Source: Candidatus Baldrarchaeota archaeon
GTDB lineage: Archaea > Asgardarchaeota > Baldrarchaeia > Baldrarchaeales > DXJG01
Direction of reading: 5' to 3'
Assembly: GCA_019056805.1 (NCBI GenBank)
Contig: DXJG01000002.1
Span: forward strand, 480,515 to 544,514
DNA length: 64,000 nt
The stretch's first letter is position 1. Every line of letters begins with the position of its first letter. The position numbers and the translations under genes were made by a program. Shown here piece after piece: positions 50,843 to 61,666 of this stretch. The notes under the pieces are model-generated. The model was not told where the DNA came from. It saw only the letters and a program-made list of their open reading frames with translations, and did not search any database.

Positions 50843-50977
50843 CATTAAAACAGATTGTTAAGGATGGTTTATTCCCATATTTTTAAATATTAACTTTATC
50901 GTATGGAATTTCATGTAAACGCATCTTCTTTTGATTCCTCCACTATTTCATTAAAAATATTTCTTCTTACATGTAAA

Positions 50978-51679
50978 TTAGTTATGTCTTTTAAATTCCA
51001 ATCTTCTTTCCACAACCTTGGTTATCATTGTAGCAACTATTGTACCAAGTATCAGTCTTTCCCAAATCGCCATTAATGGAAAAGCTATCATAAACACTTC
51101 TGTTGGAAGATTCATAATATACACAGCTATCATAAGCATTGCTGCTTGTTCACCCATTGTAGCATTAAAAGCGACCACAAAACGCTTTATTTCACCCCAC
51201 TTATTAACATTCATAAAAATTACAAGTACCACAAGAAGTCCAGCAACCAAATGAGGAACTATCCAGTAAGGAAATGCGATATGAATTCTTAAATAAAAAT
51301 AGGCAATTATACCAAAGAAAATAAGCGGAACAAATGTAAAGACTTTTTTACCCTCAAATGTCGCCTTTACGAGTGATCCTATTATAACACCTGTAACAGG
51401 GAGAAAAATCCATAATAATCCAAACATAGCCTCCGTAGGCGTAAATCCAGCAAGAAAACCACCAATTAAAGCTATAAACAACGCCTCCTTAAAAGGAAAA
51501 AGAAGAGAAAACATAGCTGGACAAATAATATTAAGAGTTATAAAGCCAGGTCCTCCAATGAACTTACTAACGGGTATTAATGTGAAGACAACATATAGAG
51601 ATGAAAATATTCCTATTCTCGCTATTTTCAAGCTAAGAGGTGCTTTCTCTTCAAAAACTTCATCACGATGACTGCTCAT
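50978..51679 (-). CDS. polytopic membrane protein (possible ECF-type S component)
   Basis: Six TM helices. No diagnostic motif was found. Confidence 0.4.
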   Translation of the reverse strand: MSSHRDEVFEEKAPLSLKIARIGIFSSLYVVFTLIPVSKFIGGPGFITLNIICPAMFSLLFPFKEALFIALIGGFLAGFTPTEAMFGLLWIFLPVTGVIIGSLVKATFEGKKVFTFVPLIFFGIIAYFYLRIHIAFPYWIVPHLVAGLLVVLVIFMNVNKWGEIKRFVVAFNATMGEQAAMLMIAVYIMNLPTEVFMIAFPLMAIWERLILGTIVATMITKVVERRLEFKRHN

Positions 51680-51822
51680 GATCTCACCACTCTAAATCAT
51701 TATAAACACAAGTGGCCAAAGTAGAATTTCGTCAAAAATATATTGAAACTCTATATAAATTATCGTCTTAGAAAACAGTTAGTGTAAATTAAAAATACTG
51801 GACAAAAATTAAAAATAAAAGG

Positions 51823-52500
51823 TTAACGGAATAGCTTTATAGTTTTCTTATCATGAACTATGTTGTCTATTGCCACTACGAAACCTAAAAGTAGTAATCT
51901 GTCTACATCGTCTTTGAAAACATGAACCGCATATTTATCGCTAAAGTCAAATACTCCACCTATAAACATGTCTCGAAGAGCATCTCCTTTACTAACTTCC
52001 GCCACTAACTTATTTTTTGCATCAAAGATTTTAAAGTTCCACCCGAACAAATTACCTTTTGCAGTTAAAAGCTTTTTACCCTTTTCATCTTGAAGCCAGA
52101 GAGATGGACGGAAAAAACTTAAAATCTTTTTTGCAACTCTACCTACAAGCCTATCGTTTGCATCTTTAATATCGTAAGTTGGACGTACCGCAACAATTTT
52201 CCTATGAACAGCACCAACTATCGTTTCATTATCTGCTTCCCTAAGCTCCACCAAAGCTCTCAAAGAAATTAATCTCCGGTGCATACGGCCGATGATATCT
52301 CCCTTTTCATCATAAATATCTCCGTAACCTAGATCCCAATACCTTTCTTTAATGAAATAATATTTCCTTGAAGGATCTAAAAGACCGCTTCGACCCGAAG
52401 ATGGTATTGTTGCTTCAGTAGTTAGTTGTTGACCGCATTTTGTACAAAATTTCGCATCTGGGCTATCTATTTTCTCTCCACAATGCGGACAGGAATCCAC
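51823..52500 (-). CDS. N-terminal zinc ribbon + LURP-one-related/tubby-C-like (DUF567) protein
   Basis: MDSCPHCGEKIDSPDAKFCTKCGQ is followed by a 12-strand-like F.I.D..G pattern (YYFIKERYWDLGYGDIYDEKGDIIGRM..., NFKIFDAKNKLVAEVSK). Confidence 0.45.
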   Translation of the reverse strand: MDSCPHCGEKIDSPDAKFCTKCGQQLTTEATIPSSGRSGLLDPSRKYYFIKERYWDLGYGDIYDEKGDIIGRMHRRLISLRALVELREADNETIVGAVHRKIVAVRPTYDIKDANDRLVGRVAKKILSFFRPSLWLQDEKGKKLLTAKGNLFGWNFKIFDAKNKLVAEVSKGDALRDMFIGGVFDFSDKYAVHVFKDDVDRLLLLGFVVAIDNIVHDKKTIKLFR

Positions 52501-52669
52501 TCATATCCACTCCAAACATAAATTAATATTTTAGTTGATCTGCATGTTTATAAATGCATCGAAAATGTAGTAATACATACTAAAACAAAGTTATTTTCCA
52601 ACAAAAACCTCTAAAAATACTAACGACTTATATACATGGTCATTCTAAATAAAATCGGAGGTTAAAAGC

Positions 52670-53848
52670 TTGAAAAGAGGAAGAACCCTCTTAATGATAC
52701 CAGGACCAACAATGTGCGACTCAGAAGTCCTAAGATCATTATCTAAACCAACACTATCCCATGTAAGCTCAAAATTCATAGAAATATTCTCAGAAACACT
52801 CAAAGGACTAAAAAAGGTGTTTTTAACCGAAAAAGGAGAAATGTTCATCGTAGCCGGAAGTGGAACCCTAGCTATGGAAATGGCTATCGTAAATACGTGT
52901 GAAACAGGTGACAATGTGTTAATTCTTTCAAATGGGTATTTTGGGGAGAGATTCAAAGAAATATGTGAAAGATATCAGCTAAACGTAGATTATATTGAAG
53001 TTAAACAATGGGGTGAAAATATTCACCCCGAAACTGTAAAAGAAAAACTTGAGAAAAAAGACTACAAAGCAGTGACCTTAACCCATGTAGATACAAGTAC
53101 AAGTGTATCAGCTCCAGTAAAAGAAATAGGAGAAATAGTAAAAGATACAGATGCAATATTCATTGTCGACGGCGTATGTGCAACAGCAGGAGAAGAAGAA
53201 AGAATGGATGAATGGCACATAGATGTACTTTTCACAGCATCCCAAAAAGCTATAGGGGTTCCACCTGGACTAGCAATAATAGCCTTCTCTCAAAAAGCCC
53301 TAGAAATATACCAAAAAAGAAAGGAACCAGTAAAATCATATTTCATGGATATCGGATTGTGGAAGCCCATAATGGACGCTTACCTTGAAGGTCGACCAGC
53401 TTACTTCGCAACCCCACCAGTTAACATGATATATGCGCTACATGAAAGCGTAAAACAGATATTGAAAGAAGGAATGGAAGAAAGATTTAAAAGACATAAA
53501 ATAATTGCCAAAGCCTTTAGAGAAGCATTAAAAACACTAGAACTAAAAATAGTTCCCGTAAGCGAAGAATATGCTGCAAGCACTGTAACAGGAATATACT
53601 ATCCCCAAGGCGTAACAGACGAGGAATTTAGAAAAAACATGGTAGAAAATGGAGTCATTGTTGCTGGAGGTCTTGGAAAACTTAAGGGAAAAATCTTTCG
53701 AGTAGGGCATATGGGAACAGTTCAACCCTCAGATATTTTAGCAACAATAGCAGCAATAGAGAATTCACTAATAAAATGTGGATACAAAGTTGAACCTGGA
53801 TCAGGACTAGAAGCTGCACAAGAACTGTTCACAAAACATAGAATATAA
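52670..53848 (+). CDS. class V aminotransferase (serine-pyruvate/alanine-glyoxylate type)
   Basis: LLMIPGPTMCDSEVL, SQKAIGVPPGLA (PLP Lys) and the class V fold. Confidence 0.85.
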   Translation: MKRGRTLLMIPGPTMCDSEVLRSLSKPTLSHVSSKFIEIFSETLKGLKKVFLTEKGEMFIVAGSGTLAMEMAIVNTCETGDNVLILSNGYFGERFKEICERYQLNVDYIEVKQWGENIHPETVKEKLEKKDYKAVTLTHVDTSTSVSAPVKEIGEIVKDTDAIFIVDGVCATAGEEERMDEWHIDVLFTASQKAIGVPPGLAIIAFSQKALEIYQKRKEPVKSYFMDIGLWKPIMDAYLEGRPAYFATPPVNMIYALHESVKQILKEGMEERFKRHKIIAKAFREALKTLELKIVPVSEEYAASTVTGIYYPQGVTDEEFRKNMVENGVIVAGGLGKLKGKIFRVGHMGTVQPSDILATIAAIENSLIKCGYKVEPGSGLEAAQELFTKHRI

Positions 53849-53856
53849 TAAATATT

Positions 53857-54114
53857 TTATTCTTTTCCTTCTGGCTCAGCGAAGGGACGAAGTTCTGGAG
53901 GATACTTCTCAGTATATTCCTTAAGTTTCATTATTGCATCTGCAAAATCCTCAGCAGGAATTCCAGGAGACTGTATACCATATTTCTTAAACACTTCTTT
54001 AATCTTCTCTACAATGTCTTCATGATTAAGAGTCATACCCTTTAATGCTGTTTCTATCTTTGAGACACCGTCCTCAGGAACCATAAAGAAGTCTCCAGTA
54101 ATCATAATATCCAA
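53857..54114 (-). CDS. LplA C-terminal-domain-like small protein (LplB-like) or frameshifted LplA tail
   Basis: ITGDFFMVPEDGVSKIETALKGMTL resembles the LplA C-terminal accessory domain. It overlaps the lplA 3' end by 41 nt in another frame. Confidence 0.35.
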   Translation of the reverse strand: MDIMITGDFFMVPEDGVSKIETALKGMTLNHEDIVEKIKEVFKKYGIQSPGIPAEDFADAIMKLKEYTEKYPPELRPFAEPEGKE

Positions 54115-55021
54115 AAATTTTATCGCCTATAACCTCTGCTGTAACCTTAATAAGTTTCTTAGCCTTATGAACAACCTCGATAACCTTTACACCGTCAGCA
54201 ATCTTAACAGCTCTATCGATAGTCAACTCTCTGTGTGTTAATTCAGGCATATGAAGCCATTCATAAGACATATGTTTCGGTTTAACCTCGTTCTCAAAAA
54301 TATGGAGTTCATCTTCACTAGGACTAGATGGAATAAGCTTGATTCCAAGAATTTTTTCATATCCTTCTACAAGAAGCTTCTTAATTTCATCTACAGAAGG
54401 TATATAGCCTAATTCTCTTTTTAAAGAAGTAACCCATTCTCTCATACTTTTAGCCATTTTATCCCTAAATTTTTCATCAGGAATCTTCAATACACGAGCC
54501 ATAAGATCATAATCCAAATCTAGAATAATATTACCGACAAGAATGATCGCTTTACCAATTCTACCCGCACCGTTACCAGAAATCTTTCTATTATTAACAA
54601 CAACATCGTTTAAGGGTTTAAATTCAGCTTCAAGACCAAGTTTACGATAAACATAAACAGTAACCTGTAGCAATTTTTCAAAAAGCTCATCAACCCTATG
54701 TGGAATGACCTTACTATCCTCGCTGGCAACAACCTGATAAAAAACTTGATCATTATTCAAATAAACGGTTCCACCGCCCTGAGACCTTCTAATAATAGGC
54801 AACCCCTGTTTCTTACAAAACTCAACGTCAACCTCCTTCTCCAAAATCTGGTGATACCCCAAACAGACATATGGACTCGCAGGTTGAACCAAAATAATAG
54901 TGTTCGGAGATAAACCTCTATCAATAGCGAGAGCAACAGCCTCATAAAAACATTGAGCCACATAAGGTTCAGCCATACCTAAATCAATCAAACGCCAATT
55001 CTCCACATACATCCCCCACAA
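54074..55021 (-). CDS. lplA: lipoate-protein ligase A
   Basis: RRSQGGGTVYLNNDQ matches the LplA RRxxGGGAVxHD motif. The N-terminal RLIDLGMAEPYVAQCFYEAVALA also matches. Confidence 0.75.
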   Translation of the reverse strand: MWGMYVENWRLIDLGMAEPYVAQCFYEAVALAIDRGLSPNTIILVQPASPYVCLGYHQILEKEVDVEFCKKQGLPIIRRSQGGGTVYLNNDQVFYQVVASEDSKVIPHRVDELFEKLLQVTVYVYRKLGLEAEFKPLNDVVVNNRKISGNGAGRIGKAIILVGNIILDLDYDLMARVLKIPDEKFRDKMAKSMREWVTSLKRELGYIPSVDEIKKLLVEGYEKILGIKLIPSSPSEDELHIFENEVKPKHMSYEWLHMPELTHRELTIDRAVKIADGVKVIEVVHKAKKLIKVTAEVIGDKIFGYYDYWRLLYGS

Positions 55022-55128
55022 GTAATCATCGATTACGTTCTGTTCAATATCGATTTAAAATTAATGCTATGCTTTATATTCCATAAGAAAAACATTGAAG
55101 ATAAGACTGATTAGAGAGGAGGAAAATA

Positions 55129-56529
55129 TTGAACCTAGATGATCTCCAAAGCTTAATGAACCTCGTTTCCGTTAAAAATGTAAAATATGCAGACATAAGA
55201 TATGAACATGTCTTTACAACTTCTATATCGATAAAAAGAACCAGAAATAACAGAACAGAAGCCATAATAATCCCCTCAACAACAAAAGGGATAAGCACAA
55301 GAATCCTAGTCGAAAACTCTTGGGGATTCTCACACACCAGTTTAACAGATAAGAAAGACATAGAAAAATCAATACAAGAATCTATAAAAATAGCAAAAGC
55401 CACATCAAAATACAAAAAAGAAAAAATAGAGCTTTCAGATGCAAAAAGGGTGCAAGGAAAATATGCATTAAACGTTAAAAAAGAATTTAGTAATATTCCT
55501 ATCAACGAGAAAATCGAATTACTTAGAAAAACGACAGAACTAGCTTTTGAAACCTCAAAAAATGTAATCAAAGTTGAAATAGACTATGAAGACAATGTTA
55601 AAAGAAAGCTTCTCGTTTCAACAGATGGCGTTAAAGCAGAAATGCAGAGATCAGAATACACCATAAGAATAAAAACAATTGCAAAAGAAGACGAAAAAAT
55701 AACTGAAACAATTAAGAGAATCGGAGGAGTGGGAGGATGGGAAAAAATAACTTTCAAAGAACTAGAAGAAAAAACAATTGAAGGAGCAAAAGAAGCAGAA
55801 AATCTATTAAAAGCAAAAAAAAAACCACCATCGGGAAAAACAACCGTAATTCTAAGTCCACAAATAGCCGGAACACTAATACATGAAGCTTTAGGCCATG
55901 CAATGGAAGGAGACATAGTAGCAGCAGGATTCAGCATCCTAGCAAACAAAATAAACAGCAAAGTAGGTTCCGAACTAGTAACAATAGTCGACGACCCAAC
56001 AATAGAAGCCTACGGCCTTTACTGGTTTGACGATGACGGTACACCAGCCCAAAAAACAATCCTCGTTGAAAAAGGAATACTAAAAACCTTCATGCACAAT
56101 AGAGAAACAGCATGGAAACTTAAAGCCCAACCAACATCAAACTCCTACGCTGTCAGCTACGAATACCTCCCAATTGTAAGACAAACAAACATAATGCTCA
56201 TGCCAGGAGACTGGACCCTAGAAGAAATGATCGAAGACATAAAATCTGGCTTATTAATTGGCTCCAGTAGCGGAGGAACAGCCGCCACAAGCATAGGAAC
56301 ATTTCAATTCGGCTTCCAATACGCCCACCTAATAAAAAACGGAGAAATAAAAGAAGTGACCAAAGGATCAAGCATCGCAGGATCAATGTTCGATGCGCTA
56401 AAAAACGTGGATGCACTAGGGAAAAAAGTTGAAATAATACCGGGAGCTTGCGGAAAAGATGGACAATACATGAATCAAGGTAGAATAATGCCCTACGTAA
56501 GATTAAAAGAAATCTTAATAGGTGGTTAA
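55129..56529 (+). CDS. tldD: TldD-family metalloprotease
   Basis: The HExxxGH motif is HEALGHAMEGD, and the C-terminal block GGTAATSIGTFQF. A TTG start. Confidence 0.8.
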   Translation: MNLDDLQSLMNLVSVKNVKYADIRYEHVFTTSISIKRTRNNRTEAIIIPSTTKGISTRILVENSWGFSHTSLTDKKDIEKSIQESIKIAKATSKYKKEKIELSDAKRVQGKYALNVKKEFSNIPINEKIELLRKTTELAFETSKNVIKVEIDYEDNVKRKLLVSTDGVKAEMQRSEYTIRIKTIAKEDEKITETIKRIGGVGGWEKITFKELEEKTIEGAKEAENLLKAKKKPPSGKTTVILSPQIAGTLIHEALGHAMEGDIVAAGFSILANKINSKVGSELVTIVDDPTIEAYGLYWFDDDGTPAQKTILVEKGILKTFMHNRETAWKLKAQPTSNSYAVSYEYLPIVRQTNIMLMPGDWTLEEMIEDIKSGLLIGSSSGGTAATSIGTFQFGFQYAHLIKNGEIKEVTKGSSIAGSMFDALKNVDALGKKVEIIPGACGKDGQYMNQGRIMPYVRLKEILIGG

Positions 56530-57904
56530 AATGGAAAAAGAAGAACTTTCACAACAATGCTCAAAAATTTTGAACATTGCCGAAAAACTGAACGTTACAC
56601 AGTTTGAAGTGTATGGCATAAAAAAAGAAACTTTAAGCATAGAATTCGAAAAAGGAGAAGCAAAAATAGGCTATAAAGGCAGTATAATAGGATTTGCTAC
56701 AAGATGTATAATCGATGGAAAAATAGGATTCTCAACAACCAACGACATTGAAAAACTTGAAGAACTAGTAAAACTTAGTATAAGCTCCGCTAAAACCCAA
56801 ACAGAAACCAAAAAAATTAAAGAATTTCCACAACCAGAAACACCAACCAAAGTTAACGGTATATATGATAAAAGACTCGTGGAGACGGATTCTTCTGGTT
56901 TAACGGAATTACTTTCAGCAATAGTTCAAGAAGCATCAAATAACAAAAAAGTTGAAGCAGTAAGCGGGAGAATAGATGTTGAAATCGAAGAAAGAGTAGT
57001 AACAAACTTAAATAACCTTGAAGTAACTGATAAAGGCACCTTTTTAAGTGCTATGGTTTTTGTAAAGGTTAAAGAAAAAGATGATGTTGGAAGCGGCTAT
57101 GAAATTCATGTATCAAGAAAACTTGATGTTAACCCTGATAAACTAGGATCCTCAGCTCTCAAAAATGCCTTACAAAACCTAGGGAAAGAAAAAATAGAAT
57201 CAGGAATCTATACAGTCATATTTGAACCATCCGCTTTATCTTCTCTACTAGGATTTGTCCTTATACCCGCTTTCTACGCTGATAGCATAGCAACAAGGGC
57301 GTCTTTCCTTTCAGAAAAACTTGGAAAACAAGTCTTTTCAGAAAAGATTAACATCATAGATGATGGCACACTTGAGGAAGGAGTATGCAGTTATAGTTTT
57401 GATGACGAAGGAATTCCAACAGAAAGAAAAACCCTGGTAGAAAAGGGAATATTAAAAAATTTACTCTATGACCATGCAACAGCCTTATTAAATAATGTTG
57501 AAAGCACAGGAAACGCCATACGCTACGATTGGTGGTATGGAAGATCCTACAAATATCCACCAAAAATATCCGCTCTAAACTTCATAATCGAAGGTCAAAT
57601 AGAACCATTAGACCACATAATTCAAGACATCAGACATGGAGTATTAATTAGAGACATAGTTGGAGGACATAGCTCCAAAGTTGCAAGCGGAGAATTCTCC
57701 ATAACAGTAACAAACGGATTACTAATAGAAAACGGAGAAATCAAAAAACCAATCACAAGAGCAATTATTTCAGGAACAATACAAGAAACCCTAAACAAAC
57801 TAGAGTGCCTAGCAGGAGACATAAAAACATATCCAATGTTTGGAACAGCGGCATGCCTCATGTCACCATGCCTAGTTTTCAAAGAAACAAAAATAACCAC
57901 ATAA
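56522..57904 (+). CDS. pmbA: PmbA/TldE-family protein (partner of TldD)
   Basis: It shows the TldD/PmbA fold without HExxxH. An 8-nt overlap with tldD. Confidence 0.75.
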   Translation: MVKMEKEELSQQCSKILNIAEKLNVTQFEVYGIKKETLSIEFEKGEAKIGYKGSIIGFATRCIIDGKIGFSTTNDIEKLEELVKLSISSAKTQTETKKIKEFPQPETPTKVNGIYDKRLVETDSSGLTELLSAIVQEASNNKKVEAVSGRIDVEIEERVVTNLNNLEVTDKGTFLSAMVFVKVKEKDDVGSGYEIHVSRKLDVNPDKLGSSALKNALQNLGKEKIESGIYTVIFEPSALSSLLGFVLIPAFYADSIATRASFLSEKLGKQVFSEKINIIDDGTLEEGVCSYSFDDEGIPTERKTLVEKGILKNLLYDHATALLNNVESTGNAIRYDWWYGRSYKYPPKISALNFIIEGQIEPLDHIIQDIRHGVLIRDIVGGHSSKVASGEFSITVTNGLLIENGEIKKPITRAIISGTIQETLNKLECLAGDIKTYPMFGTAACLMSPCLVFKETKITT

Positions 57905-58012
57905 ACAAACTATTAAAATACAATGAGAAATAGAAGAAAAAGAAACACTCAAAATTATTTTAGAATTAAAGAAACTACACTATTCACATATCTCAAGACA
58001 GCTTCAAAGATG

Positions 58013-58693
58013 TTATTTGACTTTAGACCAATTTACTACAATTTCCACGGCTTCTCTCAAATCTTTTGCAACAGCATCTGGAATACTACTATCTCTACTC
58101 TCCATTTTTCTATCTAATAAAATAGTACGCATACCAAGTTTTTTAGGAAGTAAAACATCAATCCGCAGATCATCTCCAATAACAACCGTCTCCTCTGGTT
58201 TAACATCTAAAACATCCAGAACTTTCCTATACATTTTAGGATTTGATTTATCACATCTAGCTTCATAACCAGTGCAAATAAAATCAAAATATTTTTTAAT
58301 CGGTTCTATTGCTTCTTCAAAAAAGAAATGAGGAGTTGTAGTAACAATGGCAGTTCGAAAACCGTAACTCTTCACCTTACTAACCGCTTCTCCAACTTCC
58401 GGGTACAACACATTTCTACTTTTTCTAGATAATTCTCTAAATTTCACAAATGTCTCTTCATCAACTTCGACTTCCAATCTCCAAAATACACGTTTCAAAA
58501 AAGAATTCCAGTCTCCGTAACCATACTTCGGATAATCTACTATGGATACAAAGTACCATGCTGCCTTAAACTGTTGTGGAGAAATTTCGTAGCCACGATT
58601 AAAAAGATATTCAGAAGCCTCATCATCAGAAACTTCATTTATAACATGGACAAGTGTTCCGTATAGATCAAACAACACAGCCCTAATTCTCAT
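58013..58693 (-). CDS. HAD-superfamily hydrolase
   Basis: Motif I is AVLFDLYGTLV and motif IV is VIGDD. Confidence 0.75.
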   Translation of the reverse strand: MRIRAVLFDLYGTLVHVINEVSDDEASEYLFNRGYEISPQQFKAAWYFVSIVDYPKYGYGDWNSFLKRVFWRLEVEVDEETFVKFRELSRKSRNVLYPEVGEAVSKVKSYGFRTAIVTTTPHFFFEEAIEPIKKYFDFICTGYEARCDKSNPKMYRKVLDVLDVKPEETVVIGDDLRIDVLLPKKLGMRTILLDRKMESRDSSIPDAVAKDLREAVEIVVNWSKVK

Positions 58694-58879
58694 AATTTCC
58701 CCTCGCATACCACACCAAAGTTTTCACTTAAATTTACACATGAACCACTTATAATTCCCGAACCCATAAAAATATAATCACGTAGCATTTCATGAAATTT
58801 AATTAAAAGAGAAAAGTTTCATAGGTTTTGAATACCATAAATACATACTTCCATATTTTCACGAAGAAATACATGATAT

Positions 58880-59947
58880 ATGGAAACCACGGTTAAGGAG
58901 GAGAAATATGTGACACAAGCCATTGTTAACCTTCTAAAAAAGTTATCAAATGCTTATGGTCCACCTGGATACGAGGAAGAGGTTCGTCAAATCATAATTA
59001 GTGAAATGGAGAAAATAGCTGATGAAGTTTATGTAGACAACCTTGGAAATGTCATAGCAGAACATAAAGGCAGTGACCCAAAGATTATGATAGCAGCACA
59101 TATGGATGAAGTTGCCCTTCTGATAACACACATAGATAAAAACGGATTCCTCAGATTTCATACATTAGGAGGCATAGATCCCCGAGTACTCTATTCCCAA
59201 GAAGTAATGATAAAAACCGAAGAAGGAAACATATACGGCTATATAGGCGCGAAGCCTCCACATCTCCTTAAGCCAGAAGAATTAAAAAAGGCACCAAGTA
59301 TTGAACAACTTTTCATAGATATAGGTGCATCATCCAAAGAAGAAGCTGAAAAACAGGGAATTTCAATAGGATCCACTGCAGTATTTTCTCCAAGATTCAA
59401 GGAACTAGGAAACAACAAAGTAATGGGGAAAGCTTTTGATGACCGTGCCGGATGTACCGCTCTAATAGAAATAATGAAAAACATTAAAGACACGTCTTGC
59501 ACAGTATATGCGGTTGCAACAGTTCAAGAAGAAGTAGGATTGAGGGGAGCAAGAACAGCTACATGGCAAATAGAACCAGACATAGGAATAGCAATAGAAG
59601 GAACCACAGCTTCAGATACTCCTGGAACCCCTGAACACTTAACATCCACAAAAATGGGGCAGGGTCCTGCAATAACAATAGCTGATAGAAGTGTAATAGC
59701 ACACCCCAAAATTTTAAGAAAACTTATTGAAACAGCCAAAGAAATCAATATTCCATTTCAATTTAAACGAACAGTAAGTGGAGGAACAGACGCGGGAGTT
59801 ATCCACCTCACAAAAAGAGGAATTCCATCAGGCGTTGTAAGCATCCCCTGTCGCTATATACATAGTCCACTATCACTACTTAACATTAATGATCTCGAAA
59901 ACACTATCAAACTAATAACAGCCTTCATACAAAAAGAAGAAAAATAA
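58880..59947 (+). CDS. M42 family (TET/FrvX-like) aminopeptidase
   Basis: IMIAAHMDEV, FDDRAGC and EEVGLRGA metal-ligand blocks. Confidence 0.8.
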   Translation: METTVKEEKYVTQAIVNLLKKLSNAYGPPGYEEEVRQIIISEMEKIADEVYVDNLGNVIAEHKGSDPKIMIAAHMDEVALLITHIDKNGFLRFHTLGGIDPRVLYSQEVMIKTEEGNIYGYIGAKPPHLLKPEELKKAPSIEQLFIDIGASSKEEAEKQGISIGSTAVFSPRFKELGNNKVMGKAFDDRAGCTALIEIMKNIKDTSCTVYAVATVQEEVGLRGARTATWQIEPDIGIAIEGTTASDTPGTPEHLTSTKMGQGPAITIADRSVIAHPKILRKLIETAKEINIPFQFKRTVSGGTDAGVIHLTKRGIPSGVVSIPCRYIHSPLSLLNINDLENTIKLITAFIQKEEK

Positions 59948-60486
59948 ACAAAAACAATCTAACTCCTTTTTTAGAGATTTAAAATCCATTTTAAAAACTT
60001 ATAGAAATAAAGCATCGTACATTTCTCTGAAACAGTATATTATAACGCTTGTATTTTTCGCTGAACTTGCTTATCTTTTTGTATATATCGCAATCTTATT
60101 TATAGTGATCTCAAAATTTATATGTAGTAATTGCTATAATAACAATCAACACTGTCGATAGAAACAACTAACCTAACCGACGATTTTAGAGAAAAGAAAC
60201 ATGTACTATCCAATCGACAAAGAGGTAGATGAAGCAGCCTTAAAAATAAATAAAATATTACGTCTTATATAACTTTAAAGTTACTAGGTGATCACCTAAA
60301 ATTGCAAACGAGCCCGTAGCAAACGAGAAAAACAGAAAGATTAACATAAAAAATAGTAAACTACCTGTAGAAGAAACACTATAACTCAAATACGCAGTTA
60401 AAGGTAAAAGGCCTAATGCACCATAATAACCTGAAAGATAATAATAGTCAAAGATCGTTAAGAAGTATAAAATAGAGGGGATATTA

Positions 60487-61470
60487 GTGGAAATTAAAGA
60501 ACTGGTATATGAAGGAGTAAAACTAGTTTTTGATCCACCTAAATTAAAAACATCAATCGAAGAATTGTTGCTTCAAGTAGGGGGCATTCTTAGCGAAGCA
60601 GTGGTAGTTCTTAAGGGAGGAGATGGAGAAGCATACTACCCAAGTGTGGTTTCATTTCAAAGTGAAAAACTAAGAGAATTGGGACTAAAAATGGTAAATC
60701 TGCTAAAAGATGTAGATATAGAGGTGAAAGGACTCATATATGTTCATTATGATGAATATCTAGCGGAAGAATGTGGGACAGTTGAAACAAGTGGCAAAAA
60801 GCCTGAAGGATTTATATGTCCTCTAAATGAAATGTACGAAGAACAATTCCTAAAAATACTTGAAGAAATATCACAAATAAACATTGAAAACCTAATTTTT
60901 GCATTAACTGGGTATGCAAGCGGTTCGTATTGTTTCTGTGAAAAATGCAAAGCAACATTCGCCATGGATAGAAGGATGCCCAAAGACTTTAATCTCACTA
61001 CTTTACAAGGAGAAAAAGAACTATATAATGAGTGGATAGAATGGAGGAGTAACAACATTGAAATATTTCTCTCAAAAGCAGTTGAAAAAGCAAAAGAACT
61101 AAACATAAATCCCGTCTTTGCTATTGAATTTGATCCTATACTTCGCTTCGAAGAAGGTCTAAAGGAATCTTTGGGTATAGATGTAAAAAAGGTTGCGAAT
61201 CTTTTCAACCATTTTATAATTATGGTAAATCCATGGGAAGTACTATTACCAAGGATGGGAAGCAAAGGTTTCAATGAATTAGTTCAAAGAATCAAAAAAT
61301 TAAGACGTGAAGTGAACAAAAAACTTTCACTCATGTACTGGCCACCCAACGAAGAAGAACTAAAAACACTTGTACAGTTAAAAGAAGAAACAAACAGCGA
61401 GAATTTATATGTTTTCCTTCAATACCCAGAACAATTCAAAAATTGGAGAGAAATAAGAACTATAACATAA
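60487..61470 (+). CDS. hypothetical protein
   Basis: A 327-aa ORF with a GTG start and a Cys cluster CFCEKCK. No family was recognised. Confidence 0.45.
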   Translation: MEIKELVYEGVKLVFDPPKLKTSIEELLLQVGGILSEAVVVLKGGDGEAYYPSVVSFQSEKLRELGLKMVNLLKDVDIEVKGLIYVHYDEYLAEECGTVETSGKKPEGFICPLNEMYEEQFLKILEEISQINIENLIFALTGYASGSYCFCEKCKATFAMDRRMPKDFNLTTLQGEKELYNEWIEWRSNNIEIFLSKAVEKAKELNINPVFAIEFDPILRFEEGLKESLGIDVKKVANLFNHFIIMVNPWEVLLPRMGSKGFNELVQRIKKLRREVNKKLSLMYWPPNEEELKTLVQLKEETNSENLYVFLQYPEQFKNWREIRTIT

Positions 61471-61492
61471 CAGCATAACAGTAATCCTCATT

Positions 61493-61666
61493 TTATTCCT
61501 CTATTATTTCATATTCTCTATCATATATTTCTTCTTCATATCCACATATGGGGCATTCGAAGAAGGGCATAACATCAATAATAGCATTTGTATCAGGGTT
61601 AACGCGTACTCTAATGTATATACGTAACTCTACAGTTTCACCACAACCGGGGCATACGATTTGCAC
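61493..61666 (-). CDS. small CPxCG zinc-ribbon protein (57 aa)
   Basis: (M)QIVCPGCGETVELRIYIRVRVNPDTNAIIDVMPFFECPICGYEEEIYDREYEIIEE. A GTG start. Below the ORF-track cutoff. Confidence 0.3.
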   Translation of the reverse strand: MQIVCPGCGETVELRIYIRVRVNPDTNAIIDVMPFFECPICGYEEEIYDREYEIIEE

